Positions 1 through 11,339 of a stretch of DNA of 64,000 nt are shown here, one piece after another. The stretch lies in assembly GCA_964016885.1 (NCBI GenBank), contig OZ024743.1, positions 18,352,001-18,416,000 of the forward strand, in the 5' to 3' direction. The notes under the pieces are model-generated. The model saw only the letters and a program-made list of their open reading frames with translations. It made no database searches and was not told where the DNA came from. Source of the DNA: Eledone cirrhosa (taxonomy: Eukaryota). Made by a program: the position numbers and the translations under genes. Within the stretch, counting starts at the first letter, position 1. Every line of letters begins with the position of its first letter.

Positions 1-345
1 AATATATATTTTTTCTCAGTTGTAAAGGCTATCTCTCTCTCTCTATCACCCATATCTCCTCCTCTCTCATCCTTCCCTCTCATACTTAACCCCCACCATT
101 CTTTACTCCCATCTCCTCCTCTTCCTTATCTTTTCCAACCCCCTCCATTTTTCCGAATCTCATACATCAATCTTAAATTATTTTTCGCATGTTGATTTAA
201 AACTGCACTACTCACAAGTGTTTTTTAAGCTTCATATCATTATCCCTATTTTATCTGATGAAAACGCAGATATCATCCCATGATGATATTTGTTTTTGAA
301 ATGCGCATAATAAAATACTTGGAACTTTTTAAACCATATTTTGAT

Positions 346-348
<3 letters not shown>
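1..348 (+). mobile_element. 3' end of a PLE pseudo-LTR or retrozyme-like element (cut by window start)
   Basis: Pyrimidine-rich tract, then an intact HHR (247-317), about 30 nt, then (TA)n from 349. Same layout as the PLE terminus at 49697-50000. Confidence 0.45.
247..317 (+). ncRNA. Type I hammerhead ribozyme, canonical core
   Basis: Stem I UAUUUUAU(247-254)/AUAAAAUA(310-317); CUGAUGA 255-261; long stem II AAACGCAGAUAUCAUC-CCAU-GAUGAUAUUUGUUUUU; GAAA 298-301; palindromic stem III UGCGCA; UA cleavage site 308-309. Confidence 0.88.
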
Positions 349-396
<48 letters not shown>

Positions 397-1048
397 GAAA
401 AAATGGGGAGAAGAATACTGCAGGTTGCACATGGATAACATGTTATAAAATGAGTCGCTCATCAGTGATTTGCCAAACGATCATAGATATTTCATTGCAT
501 TAAAAATCATATACCTCACGTTGGTGCAATAATAACTAAATTAAGTTATTAGGACAATTAAAACGCGTAAAGCGAGTGAAACAAGTAAACAACAAAGAGG
601 GAAGCTAACCGTAGATAGGAAGGGCACAAGCTAGATAGTTATTCTGAAAGCATAAGCTGGGTGAATATATGAGCGCGTAGAAAAAAAAACTTTCGAGATG
701 AATCCAAATGTAAGAAAGAAGGAAATTGTATTCGTCGCGAACGGGCTGAAGTGAGAAGGGGAGAAACAGTGAGTGAGTTAGTGGAAGTGTGAGAAAGAGG
801 TCAGTAGAGAGAAAGTGTTAACTGACATGACAGAGGGGGCGAAAGAAAGTAAGAGAAACAGAGAGAACGAGGGAGCAGTAAGAGAGAGAGAGAGAAAAAC
901 AGAATTGCAGTTTAGGTAAATATATGTGAAAAAATGGGGAGAAGAATACTGCAGGTTGCACATGGATAACATGTTATAAAATGAGTCCCTCATCAGTGAT
1001 TTGCCAACGACCATAGATATTTCATTGCATTAAAAATCATATACCTCA
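397..1048. repeat. About 120-bp direct repeats (397-518, 928-1048) flanking a purine-rich spacer; diverged inverted relative at about 8570-8668
   Basis: Near-identical GAAAAAATGGGGAGAAGAATACTGCAGG...ATACCTCA in both copies; the ORF track gives near-identical peptides at 232-462 and 778-1014. Confidence 0.8.
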
Positions 1049-1123
1049 GGTTATACTTTGGGAGGGACATGTTGCCAATAAGAAACGTATATATATATAT
1101 ATATATAAATATATATATATATT

Positions 1124-1292
1124 CGACCCAGCAACCCCACAATTAGAACAGAACTACCTGGATTTTAACGTACGGAATACATACCATCACACCGCTATTA
1201 GCTGCCAACGGAATGGTCACTGGATCATAAATCTCTTAACATCTCTGTCACCCTCTCGCCCTGAATCCACATCAACCCCACTAAGACAAGAC
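1124..1292 (+). repeat. Unclassified interspersed repeat; second copy at about 63850-64000
   Basis: Colinear similarity CCAGCAA.CCCA.AATTAG...GGTCACTGGATCATA.ATCTCT...CCCTGAA.CCACAT. Confidence 0.7.
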
Positions 1293-2310
1293 AATCAGCA
1301 AAACATTTACCACACAAACATATCAAAAACCCCCATTCACCATCCATTTCGCCGTTGAGTAGCTCCCACTTAATTTATAATTTATTACTTTTTCTTTTAT
1401 CTTTCATTTGTTACCACCTCAGATTCTCTACACGTATCTATGTTTGTTTCGAATATGGCTTTTCATGTTAGCACTCCATCCACCCAAGCATCCTTATACA
1501 GGCACTTACTCACCACCACCACTATTATCAACTATCGTATTCTGTACTTATATGATTTTATTTATGTTTATTTATTTATATTTTTTATTATTTTTACTTT
1601 ATTTTCTTACTTTTTTAATGTATCTTTATATTTCATCTTTTATTTCTCATTTTCTTTTTCTAATAGGATTATATCGATAAACGTTTCAAAAATAAATGGA
1701 ACATTGACAAATAAATGTTCACTGTATACTAAAGATATCTTATGTTTTAATAGATACACGTTATTTTTTCCAACATTCCTTTGTATATTACATTTAAGTT
1801 CTACTTTGTAGTAAATTAGATGGATATTATATTATATAATCATTAATGTTTGTCAATTGGCAGCACTTGTGTTTTTATATAGAGATAGATAGAAAAGATC
1901 ATAAGTAGGTAAGAATACAAAAATATATCGTTATGTATACATAGATGGAACTCCGATAAATTAGACGATGTATGAATGTCAATTCCCTTTCTGAAAAATA
2001 CGCGGAATGTGTGCATTTGACAGACACATGCAAATATGAAGTAATTCTCTAGAAAATTACATGTGACACATTGCGGGGACAAGACTGGCCCATTCAATTA
2101 CATATGCAGTCACCCTTCTATTCTTAAGCCAATATCACTGACTCGTTTTGGTTGGAGCCCCAGCTATAGTAAACACTTCCCAAAGACGTGTGCGTATATA
2201 TATACATACATATATTCTAATTTTCAATTTCTGCTTGACCGGCAGCCGCTCTGTATAATCGGTTCCTGATTATTTACTAGAATTCTATAAGAACAAAACA
2301 TCCATGATAT

Positions 2311-2396
2311 CAGCAGACAGGAGGAGTAGTTGGCTTTGATAAGCATCAATAAATGCGAAACAAGGCCTTGTCAGCTTTATCTCCCCCTGTTTGCTG
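2311..2396 (+). ncRNA. Type I hammerhead ribozyme, U3-A8 variant core
   Basis: Stem I GGCU/AGCU extended by CAGCAGACAGGAGGAG/CUCCCCCUGUUUGCUG; core UUGAUAA 2336-2342; stem II GCAU/AUGC; GAAA 2357-2360; palindromic stem III CAAGGCCUUG; UC 2371-2372. Confidence 0.82.
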
Positions 2397-2630
2397 AAAT
2401 TAAAGTAAGTGAGTCTGTCACTACTCTAAAACAATAGCATAAGGTCTTCGAAATGCTTTTAATTAAGCATACAGTGTATTGCAAAATACACTATATATAC
2501 ATTCATATATATATAGCTATTTCAGAGCACCAATTCTAATTTTCAATTTCTGCTTGACCGGCGAGCCGCTCTGTATAATCAGTTCCTGATTATTTACTAG
2601 AATTCTATAAGAAGCAAACATCCATGATTT

Positions 2631-2716
2631 CACCAGACAGGAGGAGTAGTTGGCTTTGATAAGCATAAAAAAATGCGAAACAAGGCCTTGTCAGCTTTAT
2701 CTCCTCTTGTTTGTTG
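2631..2716 (+). ncRNA. Type I hammerhead ribozyme, U3-A8 variant core (second copy)
   Basis: Same fold; core UUGAUAA 2656-2662; loop II differs (AAAAAA vs CAAUAA) while the core, stem II and stem III are unchanged; UC 2691-2692. Confidence 0.82.
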
Positions 2717-2896
2717 AAATTAAAGTAAGTGAGTATGTCACTACTCTAAAACAATAGCATAAGGTCTTCGAAATGCTTTTAATTAAGCATACAGTGTATT
2801 GCAAAATACACTATATATACATTCATATATATATAGCTATTTCAGAGCACCAATTCTAATATATATATACATACATATATGCATATATATATATAT

Positions 2897-3050
2897 ATAT
2901 TTATTAAAATAACAGATTAAAGTTTAAGCAAAGAATCGCTGCTTTCACCCTTAACGGAATCTTCTGAAACTGATCTTCTTCAGAGGATCCAGTTAAGGGT
3001 GAATGCAGCGATTCTTTGCTTAAACTTTAATCTGTTATTTTAATAAATAT
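2897..3050. repeat. Near-perfect fold-back, about 70-bp arms with about 10-nt loop
   Basis: ATATTTATTAAAATAACAGATTAAAGTTTAAGCAAAGAATCGCTGC... is the reverse complement of ...GCAGCGATTCTTTGCTTAAACTTTAATCTGTTATTTTAATAAATAT. Confidence 0.9.
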
Positions 3051-3151
3051 TTACTCTACGGTTATTATATATTGGATATATATTTATCCTTATCGAGCCG
3101 TCTTTGGATTTTAGTCTTCACATTTATTATTATTACTATATATATATATAC

Positions 3152-3300
3152 TAGCGCACTACAGACTCTTTGGTTTGCATTTTGATATTTATCCTGAAAT
3201 ATGTTGAAATATAGTGGGTAAAACACATTACTTTGTTTTGTTCTATTTGTCATCAATTGCCATTAATATATTTATACCGGGTCAGGCTTACCAAACACAC
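3152..3300. repeat. Interspersed repeat; inverted copy at about 10900-11045
   Basis: Shared CCTGAAATATGTTGAAATATAGTGGGTAAAACACATTACTTTG...ATACCGGGTCA; both copies abut CA/TA microsatellites. Confidence 0.8.
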
Positions 3301-3305
3301 ACACG

Positions 3306-3485
<180 letters not shown>

Positions 3486-3543
3486 CAGGTTTAGCAAAGT
3501 TTAAAAATAATTTTTTAAAAATTAACTTTACTCACTATGGTTA

Positions 3544-3626
3544 CCTTTACCGGTCGGTTTCGAGTCTCAAAAATAAACGGACAGTCCATACGCCATCCGT
3601 TGCAAAGTTAAACTCTCGTTAGAAGG
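3544..3626 (-). ncRNA. Type I hammerhead ribozyme with mutated core (CUAACGA)
   Basis: Stem I CCUU/AAGG; stem II GAGUUU/AGACUC with long insert; GAAA; stem III CCG-AC-CGG; UA. G5>A is probably inactivating. Confidence 0.7.
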
Positions 3627-4025
3627 ATCTTTTCACTCGGAGAATAGAAATTTCCCGAGTTCAAATTACGAACTGGCGCTATTCAAAATTGTTCCCGAGA
3701 TGAGAATAAATGGTGTGGGAGCAATTCCTTCAAGTGCCGTGTGTAAAGAAAGAAGGAAAGGCAGGGAGGTCAGTTTACTACCACTATAACTAGCAGCAGT
3801 CAGAACGACCAAATTTGTTCTCGACCAAGAGGAGATTAATAATAAAGTATATATATCCCTACACGCACAATGCGCTTAGAGAAACATGTATTGTCCAACC
3901 ATATTCCAATGTGGTTTAATGGCAGGTTAATAAATTAACGAGCCAGAACATATATAATCAGGTTTAGCAAATAAGAAAAAGTTTCAAAATAAATTTTTAA
4001 AAATTAACTTTACTCACTATGGTTA

Positions 4026-4110
4026 CTTTTACCGAATCGGTTTCGAGTTTCAAAATATAAACGGACAGTCCATACGGCATCCGTTGCAAAGATAAACTCT
4101 CTTCAGAAGG
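4026..4110 (-). ncRNA. Type I hammerhead ribozyme, canonical core
   Basis: CCUU-CUGAAGA-GAGUUU...AAACUC-GAAA-CCG-AUU-CGG-UA-AAAG; one mismatch in stem I. Confidence 0.78.
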
Positions 4111-4259
4111 ATCTTTTTACTCGGAGAATATAAAATTCCCGAGTTCAAATTACCTAACTTAATAGCACCACCTGGCAAAATCTTAAAAATAAGTGTTTGG
4201 GCACCATGGCCGACTCTAGCAGAGAATTATTGTTTACGGAGGCATATCCGGGTGTAGGA

Positions 4260-7100
4260 GGCTTATCCAGGATACCTTGCAGGATTTATCCAAAGACTTC
4301 TTGAACTTGATGGGGTCTGTCTCTGCTTTGATGTGTTTTGGTTTGGTGTACTGTTAAAGAGTGCAGGACCAATTGAGGTGAAATAATTGTGCCGTATTGT
4401 TGTTATGTGATGTGAGTGGGATTTTTACCGTGGGCGGATAACACGGGGCCCAACCTTGTGTGTACACTAAAGGTGATGCCAACATCATTTGGGCTAAGCT
4501 GATGGAATATTTTCCACATCATACAGATAATATAGCGCTCACGGCGACGTTGAAGTGAATAGAGTTTGAGCTTTTGTAATTGACCCCAATAATCAAGGCC
4601 TGTCTTGCCAACTATCTTTTTTGTAATTGACCTTTGGTGTGCTTCGACTTTCATGATATTTTGTTTCGTGTGGGGTGACCACATTGCACAACATTATTCA
4701 AGGTGGTGTCGGGCAAAAGTGGAGAAAAGAAGGATAACAGTGTGGATATCTTTCGACTGGAAAGTTCTGAGAATCCAGGAACACATTCTGCGGGCCATAT
4801 CAACTTTGCTGTCTATATGAGCGGTCCATATTATATTGTTGTCCACAATTACTCCCAGGTCTCTGATGTTATTGGAAGCCACTAGAGTTTCACCCGAAGG
4901 AAAAGAGTGTGGTAGTTTCAGGGCATCCTTTTTTCCAAAGTGGATTAGTTCAAATTTATCCTCATTCAACAGCATATTATTCATCTCTGCCCATGGGATA
5001 ACAGCCACCTCATCGATGACTCTTTGGAGCTTGGAATAATCTGCGAAGATTCTGATGTGGCTGTGTTTGATGATGTCAGTAATGTCATTAATGTAGATGA
5101 TGAAAGGAAGTGGGCCCAACACAGTGCCTTGTGGGACGCCACTGCTGACTTTGGCAGGGCTTGGATTTACTCCTTCGACTACAACATGCTAGGTTCTTCC
5201 TGTCCGGAAACATTTGATCCACTGTAGTAACCTTCCAGAGACACCAACATTGGATAGTTTTTTCAGTAGAATCTTATGATCAACCCTGTCGAAGTCCTTG
5301 CTGAAATCAAGGTAGATGACATCAGTGTTGGAGCCCTCTCCCAAGGCTCTCAAAACATCGTCAAAGTGATGCAGGAGCTGCGTTAGGCAGTCCCTTCCAT
5401 TACGGAACCAATGTTTGTTGGAGTTCAGCAGGCCGTTGTTTTCAAGAAAGTGGGTTATTCATGAACTCACCACCCTCTCAAATGCCTTGATAATATGAGA
5501 GGTGAGTGAGATCGGACGGTAGTTCACTACAAGGGACTTATTTCCCTTTTTGAAGACTGGGACAACGGACTGGGACAGAAAGTTTTCAGGGATATAGCCA
5601 GTGTCCAGAGAGTTTCCTCCACAGATTAGCAAGAGGAGATGCAAGTTGGTGTCGACACACCTTCAGGTCAAAAGCAGGGAACTTGTCAGGGCCTACTGCT
5701 GAATTGTGTTTAATTTCGTTTATTGCCGCTGAGACATCAGGGGCGCCAAAGGTTATGTCTGATATAGTGTGTTGGGGATGAATATCACTGATAAGGCCCA
5801 GATCGGCCATATCAGGGTTGCTAAAACAGAGAAGTATTATTTCTGCAGTATCTTGCCCATGGATTTGGCATTGTCCTGGAGTGTGCCATTTTCATCAACT
5901 AGGGGCCAACAGTGGAGAAGGTGACCTTGTGTTTTTTAGCGAATGAGAAGAACACTTTGGGGTTGAGTTTTGTTTTATCAATGGCCCACCTCTCTTCAGC
6001 TATTCTCTGGTTATTGATGATGGTCATCATGCATTGCTGGAGGTTATATTTGTTTGACTCAAGCAGGGTGATACCCATTGACTGTGTGTGTTGCTGTTGG
6101 CAGTATTTTAGTGTTTTGATTTTTTTGTTTGTTCATTTTATTTTTCTTATAATTGTTTTTTCTGTTTTGGGGGATACTGTACTTCGTTTTGTTCACAGGT
6201 TTTGCTGGGGTGTGTTTTATACATATATTTGTGACAGTGTCTACAAAGATCTGCCAAGATGTTTTGATGTTGGTGGAAGTGTGTGCGTGTGTAAAAGTCC
6301 AGTCGACATGTGATAGTTCGTTCAAAATTGCATCCCAGTTGGCATTGTAGAGATCCATGTTATCAAAGGGGTGGGCTGGAGAGATGTCTCTGGGATTAGT
6401 TTTCGGCTGGTGGAATCTCAGGTTACAAAGAACCAATTCATGGTCTGAGAGAAGGGTTTTTTCCACTGTAATGTATTGTGTTAGTGTGGTTACTAAACAC
6501 TAGATCCATAATGTTCTTCTGATGCCTCGTTGGTGCAAGGACAAGTTGGGACAAGAAAAACTCATTCATGAAGTCAAGAAGTGACTCGACAGCCTCTTTG
6601 AGAGTGGTTGAGGCTGAGGAGCCTGGTTTCAAACTACATATAGACCTATCGACACAGGGTAGATTCAAGTCTCCCATCGAAAGTATGTTGCTAGAATGTC
6701 ACTTTAATAAAGCATTTAATACTGTTGAGGCATTCTTTGAAACAGATTATGGGTGTTTGTGGTGGCCTATAGAGCCCAACTAATGTCAGGTCATTGGCTT
6801 TATTGTGCACAGTGACTGATTCACTGTATCCATTAGAGAGTGTAGTGTTGCCATCTGGCGTAAAGGAATCATGCAGGAAAATGGCAGTTCCACCCTTCCT
6901 TCTGCCAACACGATCCGCACGGATGGTTGTGAAATTTCTCACTCTTACTTCGGCCTCCAAGTGGGAGTGTTAAGGTGGGTCTCAGTAAGAATGAAGAAGG
7001 GGGTGTGAAATGGATGGTTACCAACCTAATCCTCAATGAATTGGATTTTCCATTTCTGAGCATTGATGGATGGGCTGATACCTTGTGTATTGAGTAAGAA
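4260..7100 (-). pseudogene. ORF2 (APE endonuclease + reverse transcriptase) of the CR1-group LINE
   Basis: Colinear ORF fragments 6691-6960, 6438-6677, 6059-6466, 5586-5810, 5459-5644, 4694-5122, 4403-4684. Confidence 0.88.
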
Positions 7101-7109
7101 TGTGGAGGC

Positions 7110-8180
7110 TAGTGTGGTGGCTGGTTTTGACTGTTACAGGGGGCTTGTTTTGTGATTGTGTTTTAGTGACAGCAAGGTTGGTTTTGGGTGATGGCTAACA
7201 TGTTTTTCTCTATCCTCTTTGCCAGGTTCATGGCTAAACTAGAAGTTTTTTGGGGGGGTTCAGTGAGCAGTTTTCGATTGGATTTGAGGTTACAACATTG
7301 GATGGGTTGCAGTTCCCTCTTTTGTTGTTGTTGTTGTATTTGTTGTAATTGTGTATGTGCGGGAGGACTGGAGCAGCGTTATTTTTGTTGTTGTTGTATT
7401 TGTTGTTGTTGTGATCGTGTCTTTGTGACAAGACTGGAGCAGCATTACTTTTGTTGTTTTTGTTGTTGTAATCATGTCTTTGTGAGGAGACTGGAGCAGC
7501 ATTACCGCAGCAGGGGGTGGCTTTATTGCGGTTTGTTGGTTGGCATGAAGCCCCTTTTCTGTGCGTGTGTTGTGTCCCTGGAAGATAAGTGAAGGGAAAG
7601 TCAGTCAGCAGACATAGCCTCTCACGTTGGGAATGTTGGCAGATTTGGGGACTGCGACCTATACGTGCAGGCAACGTGCTTTGGTGATGACTGGCAGTGT
7701 TAGTGCGCCTAGTACCACGGTAAATGGGTAAATATACAGTCACTACGTATGCATAGTCTTTAACGTAGTGAGTAGCGGCATATTTGGGGGTTTCTAGTAT
7801 GTGTAGTGGGAGGTGCATACGGCTCCATAGAACTTTTTTTTTATAGTTCTTTTGACTATGGCATGGTTGTGGTGGTGATGTGGGGGTGGAAAGCATTGAT
7901 GGTGATGAGGATGATGACAACTGTGGTGGGAGAGAGAGCAGTGGTCCATTACTAGCAGTTGGCGTGGCAGAAGGTGTAGATGTGGCAGGAGATGGTGATG
8001 GCGATAATGATGCCAGAGTGAGTGGCTGAGTGATACTGTCATTTAGTAGTTCAGCGATTATGCCTGAATTCAGTAGTGGTTGCCCCTGGCTTTCTGGCTG
8101 TTGTTGGTGTGGCTGTTGTTGTTGCTGTTGTCGTGGCTGTTGTTGTTGTTGTTGTTGTTTTTATTGTTGTGTTTGTCCAT
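7110..8180 (-). pseudogene. ORF1 of the CR1-group LINE with duplicated CCCH-like zinc finger and low-complexity tracts
   Basis: ATG at 8180; PQICRYSLR*RLCIRSDCIFTHLP and PQICQHSQRERLCLLTDFPFTYLP; internal repeat AAPVxxQRHDxNNN at 7310-7510. Confidence 0.55.
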
Positions 8181-8665
8181 TAGAGTAAATATGTCGAAAT
8201 TTTTCAAAATGGTTTTGAATTAGTTTGATCTCGTCGTAAATGTTTGTGCTGTTTTTTTCAGCAATTTCATTCAGACATGACGCGTTAATGTTTGATGTTT
8301 GTGACAGAGAAAACCATGTGTTTATTAAGAGGTCAATTTAATTATCAGACCAATTTCATCCGTTGTGGGTTTGCTGGTCAGTAGTCATATTTTTTTTTTT
8401 TTTTTAATTATCCTTGTGTGCGTTTTAAGATATTTGTTATTTGCTACGTGAGTGAGAAATTCGTTATTTGAAGAAATTAAAGAATCGCGTATATATATAT
8501 ATTTTTTTTCTCTCTTATCGATGTGCGTTTGGTTGTTTGAAGATATCCATATGTATATGTATATATATTGAAATACCAATGATGGTTGGAAAATCACTGA
8601 CGAAGGACTATTTTTATCATATGTAACCCATGTGTAAACCACGCAGTATTCTTCTTTCTTCTCAT

Positions 8666-8726
<61 letters not shown>

Positions 8727-9385
8727 TAAAAATTAGCAAGAATCGAATTTCAGCCCATGATATAACGAAAAAACACTTTCGAGTTGTGAGGCAAGCGCTC
8801 AATAATTCAAATGAATTAGAGCTTACAACTTACGTTAAAGGCCAAACATACTGAGATGGTGGTTAAACTATTTATCCACACAGCGTAGATTCGATCTACT
8901 ATTTCGGGTCAAACAGATATAGAGATATAAAAATATTTGAAAGCATAAATGTTTTATACTCACCCGGACCCCTGGAATGATGGTAAAGTCCAGTGTTGGG
9001 GTTTCTGCGGATCCATAAGACATTTACTGTCCACTTACATAAAGGATGTTAAGTTTCTCGTATCCTGACTGAACTAGGAGTACGCGTTATCAACGGGATT
9101 CAGTTCGAAAGACCACATAGATGTGTCTGTAACTGACCCCATGCGGGTTTCAGCAAGGGAGGCAACACCTAAATTAGGCGAATGAATTCATCTGTGGATA
9201 ATATTGCGAAAATGCAAAATATCACAAATCGAATGAAGCTCTCGACGGAGTGGTTAAATGTAACAAAGCTATTCGGCAGTCAATAGAATAGACCAAAACC
9301 TGTCAAGAAAATTAACTGGCCAATAGCTAGACTCTGGAGATTAATACAAGTAAAAATATATGTATGTATGTATGTACCTATGTAC

Positions 9386-9451
<66 letters not shown>

Positions 9452-9656
9452 TTTCTGAATTTGTTTAGCAAGATTCTCTATCTGAAAACATGTGTTGAAA
9501 CCGATATTGTTATACTTTGGGAGGGTCATGTTGCCAATAAGAAACACACGCACCAGCATTTTCACTTCAATTTATTATAATAAATTTATAAGTTTATGAA
9601 TTTATAAATTTCCGGTTGATTGGTTGATTCCACAACCAGATGGTTGTTTATATATT

Positions 9657-9699
9657 GTCAAAGTTCTTTCGTCAAACATTATGTGACCTTTTCAGTGAC
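9657..9699 (-). ncRNA. Minimal type I HHR relic in PLE pseudo-LTR (G8>A)
   Basis: GUCA-CUGAAAA-G-GUCA..UGAC-GAAA-GAAC-UU-UGAC; homologue at 18027-18070 reads UUGAGGA-G-GUCAC..GAC-GAAA. Confidence 0.6.
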
Positions 9700-10039
9700 T
9701 GGGGATAATTTTTTTTGTTTTTGTGCCGCTCCTTTGTTCTGTCCTACGCCATCTTGTTTTTGTGTGTGTATTGTGTGCTTAGTTTCCGCATGTGTTACAT
9801 CCGGGTGTGTGTGTGTCTTTATATTCGTTTATTTATTTGTTTATTTACATGTTACTGGATGGTTGTTTGTTCTATGTGCGTGTTTGTTTTCATTTTGTCC
9901 TTAATTGTAAGTTGTGATGTTGCTGTTCCACTCATGTTTTCTATTTAATTTTGGTTGTAATTCATTTATGTTTATTGCCTCTGTGATTTGTCTAAACATT
10001 GCGTCTTTTCTGTGTGTAGATTCTATTTTTATTTCTATG

Positions 10040-10638
10040 AAAGAACTAGGAATAAGGCTAATAGAATAACATTATGGTATGATAACAATAAATACCATAG
10101 TGTAATGTTCATCGATACAACCCCTGGAGGTGAATTAGCTTACACATTTAGAAGGGCCCTAGATAAACATAAACTCAATATTAAGATAGTAGAAAGACCA
10201 GGTACCTCCATAAAAACAATTATTAGCAATACATACCCTTTTCAAAGATCTCCCTGTATAGATAAGAAATGTATAATCTGTAAATTAAGCCCCCATATTA
10301 ACTGTAAAACTAGAATTGTAGTATATAGCATAATATGTACTGAAGGACAATGTAGAGATAAAAATATAGTGTACATAGGTGAGACAGCTCGTAGTATAGG
10401 GGAACGGATAAATGAACACTGGCGAGACGTTCAAGATAGTAAAGAATCATTTGTACTCTACCAACATGCTAAAATAGAACACAAGGGTAAATTAGAGAAC
10501 ATAGAAATAAAAATAGAATCTACACACAGAAAAGACGCAATGTTTAGACAAATCACAGAGGCAATAAACATAAATGAATTACAACCAAAATTAAACAGAA
10601 AACATGAGTGGAACAGCAACATCACAACTTACTATTAA
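10040..10638 (+). pseudogene. PLE C-terminus: Cys-rich linker and GIY-YIG endonuclease
   Basis: SVMFIDTTPGGELA, KIVERPG, CIDKKCIIC..NC, VVYSIIC..VYIGETARSIGERINEH, RQITEA..PKLNRKHEW. Confidence 0.88.
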
Positions 10639-10743
10639 GGACAAAATGAAAACACACACGCACATAGAACAAACAACCAACCAGTAACAAACCGTTGGTG
10701 CGTGTGTTTCTTATTGGCAACATGACCCTCCCAAAGTATAACA

Positions 10744-10842
<99 letters not shown>

Positions 10843-10855
10843 GTATACATACATA

Positions 10856-10897
<42 letters not shown>

Positions 10898-11339
10898 TAT
10901 GTGTTTGGTAAGTATGACCCGGTATAAATATATTAAGAGCAATTGATGATAAATAGGACAAAACAAAGTAATGTGTTTTACCCACTATATTTCAACATAT
11001 TTCAGGATAAATATCAAATTACAAAACAAAGTGTCTGTAGTGAGCATGAGATGCGCAGTCGTAGAAGGAAATCTGCTCCATTTAGGTATGTTCTATTGTT
11101 TATTTATGGCTTCTCTGTGTTGATGATTATTCATATATTTCATGCATTCATTTCTGTTGCTTCTATAATGAATTCATTTTCGCGCTTGCAGCAAGATTCA
11201 AGTGGTTTTCTCTCAAATGATCATCACTTCCAATCCTGCTGCGTGCCACTTGGCAGTATATCTATGAGGTTCATGTTGGAGATCACCATCGTACTAGTTA
11301 AGTAATATCAAGTCCTCCGCAAATTCTGGCGGGCAGATA

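Larger units (their letters stand above)
2214..2860 (+). mobile_element. Non-LTR retrozyme-like tandem dimer (2 x about 320 bp, one HHR per unit)
   Basis: Head-to-tail units 2214-2532 and 2533-2860, non-coding, TA-rich flanks; predicted cleavage sites at C2372 and C2692, 320 nt apart. Confidence 0.8.
4155..8385 (-). mobile_element. CR1-group non-LTR retrotransposon, near full length, decayed
   Basis: APE motifs (GLYRPP, GDLNLP, SDHELV), RT motifs (NYRPISLTSH, IYLDFSKDFDRVDH, GVPQGTVLGP, IFADYSKL), C-terminal LYSLQRRRERY; many stops and frameshifts. Confidence 0.88.
9470..10748 (+). mobile_element. 5'-truncated Penelope-like element with inverted 3' duplication
   Basis: 9850-10039 is the reverse complement of 10500-10690 and 9505-9555 of 10695-10747; GIY-YIG ORF on the + arm; (TA)n on both sides. 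Confidence 0.85.
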
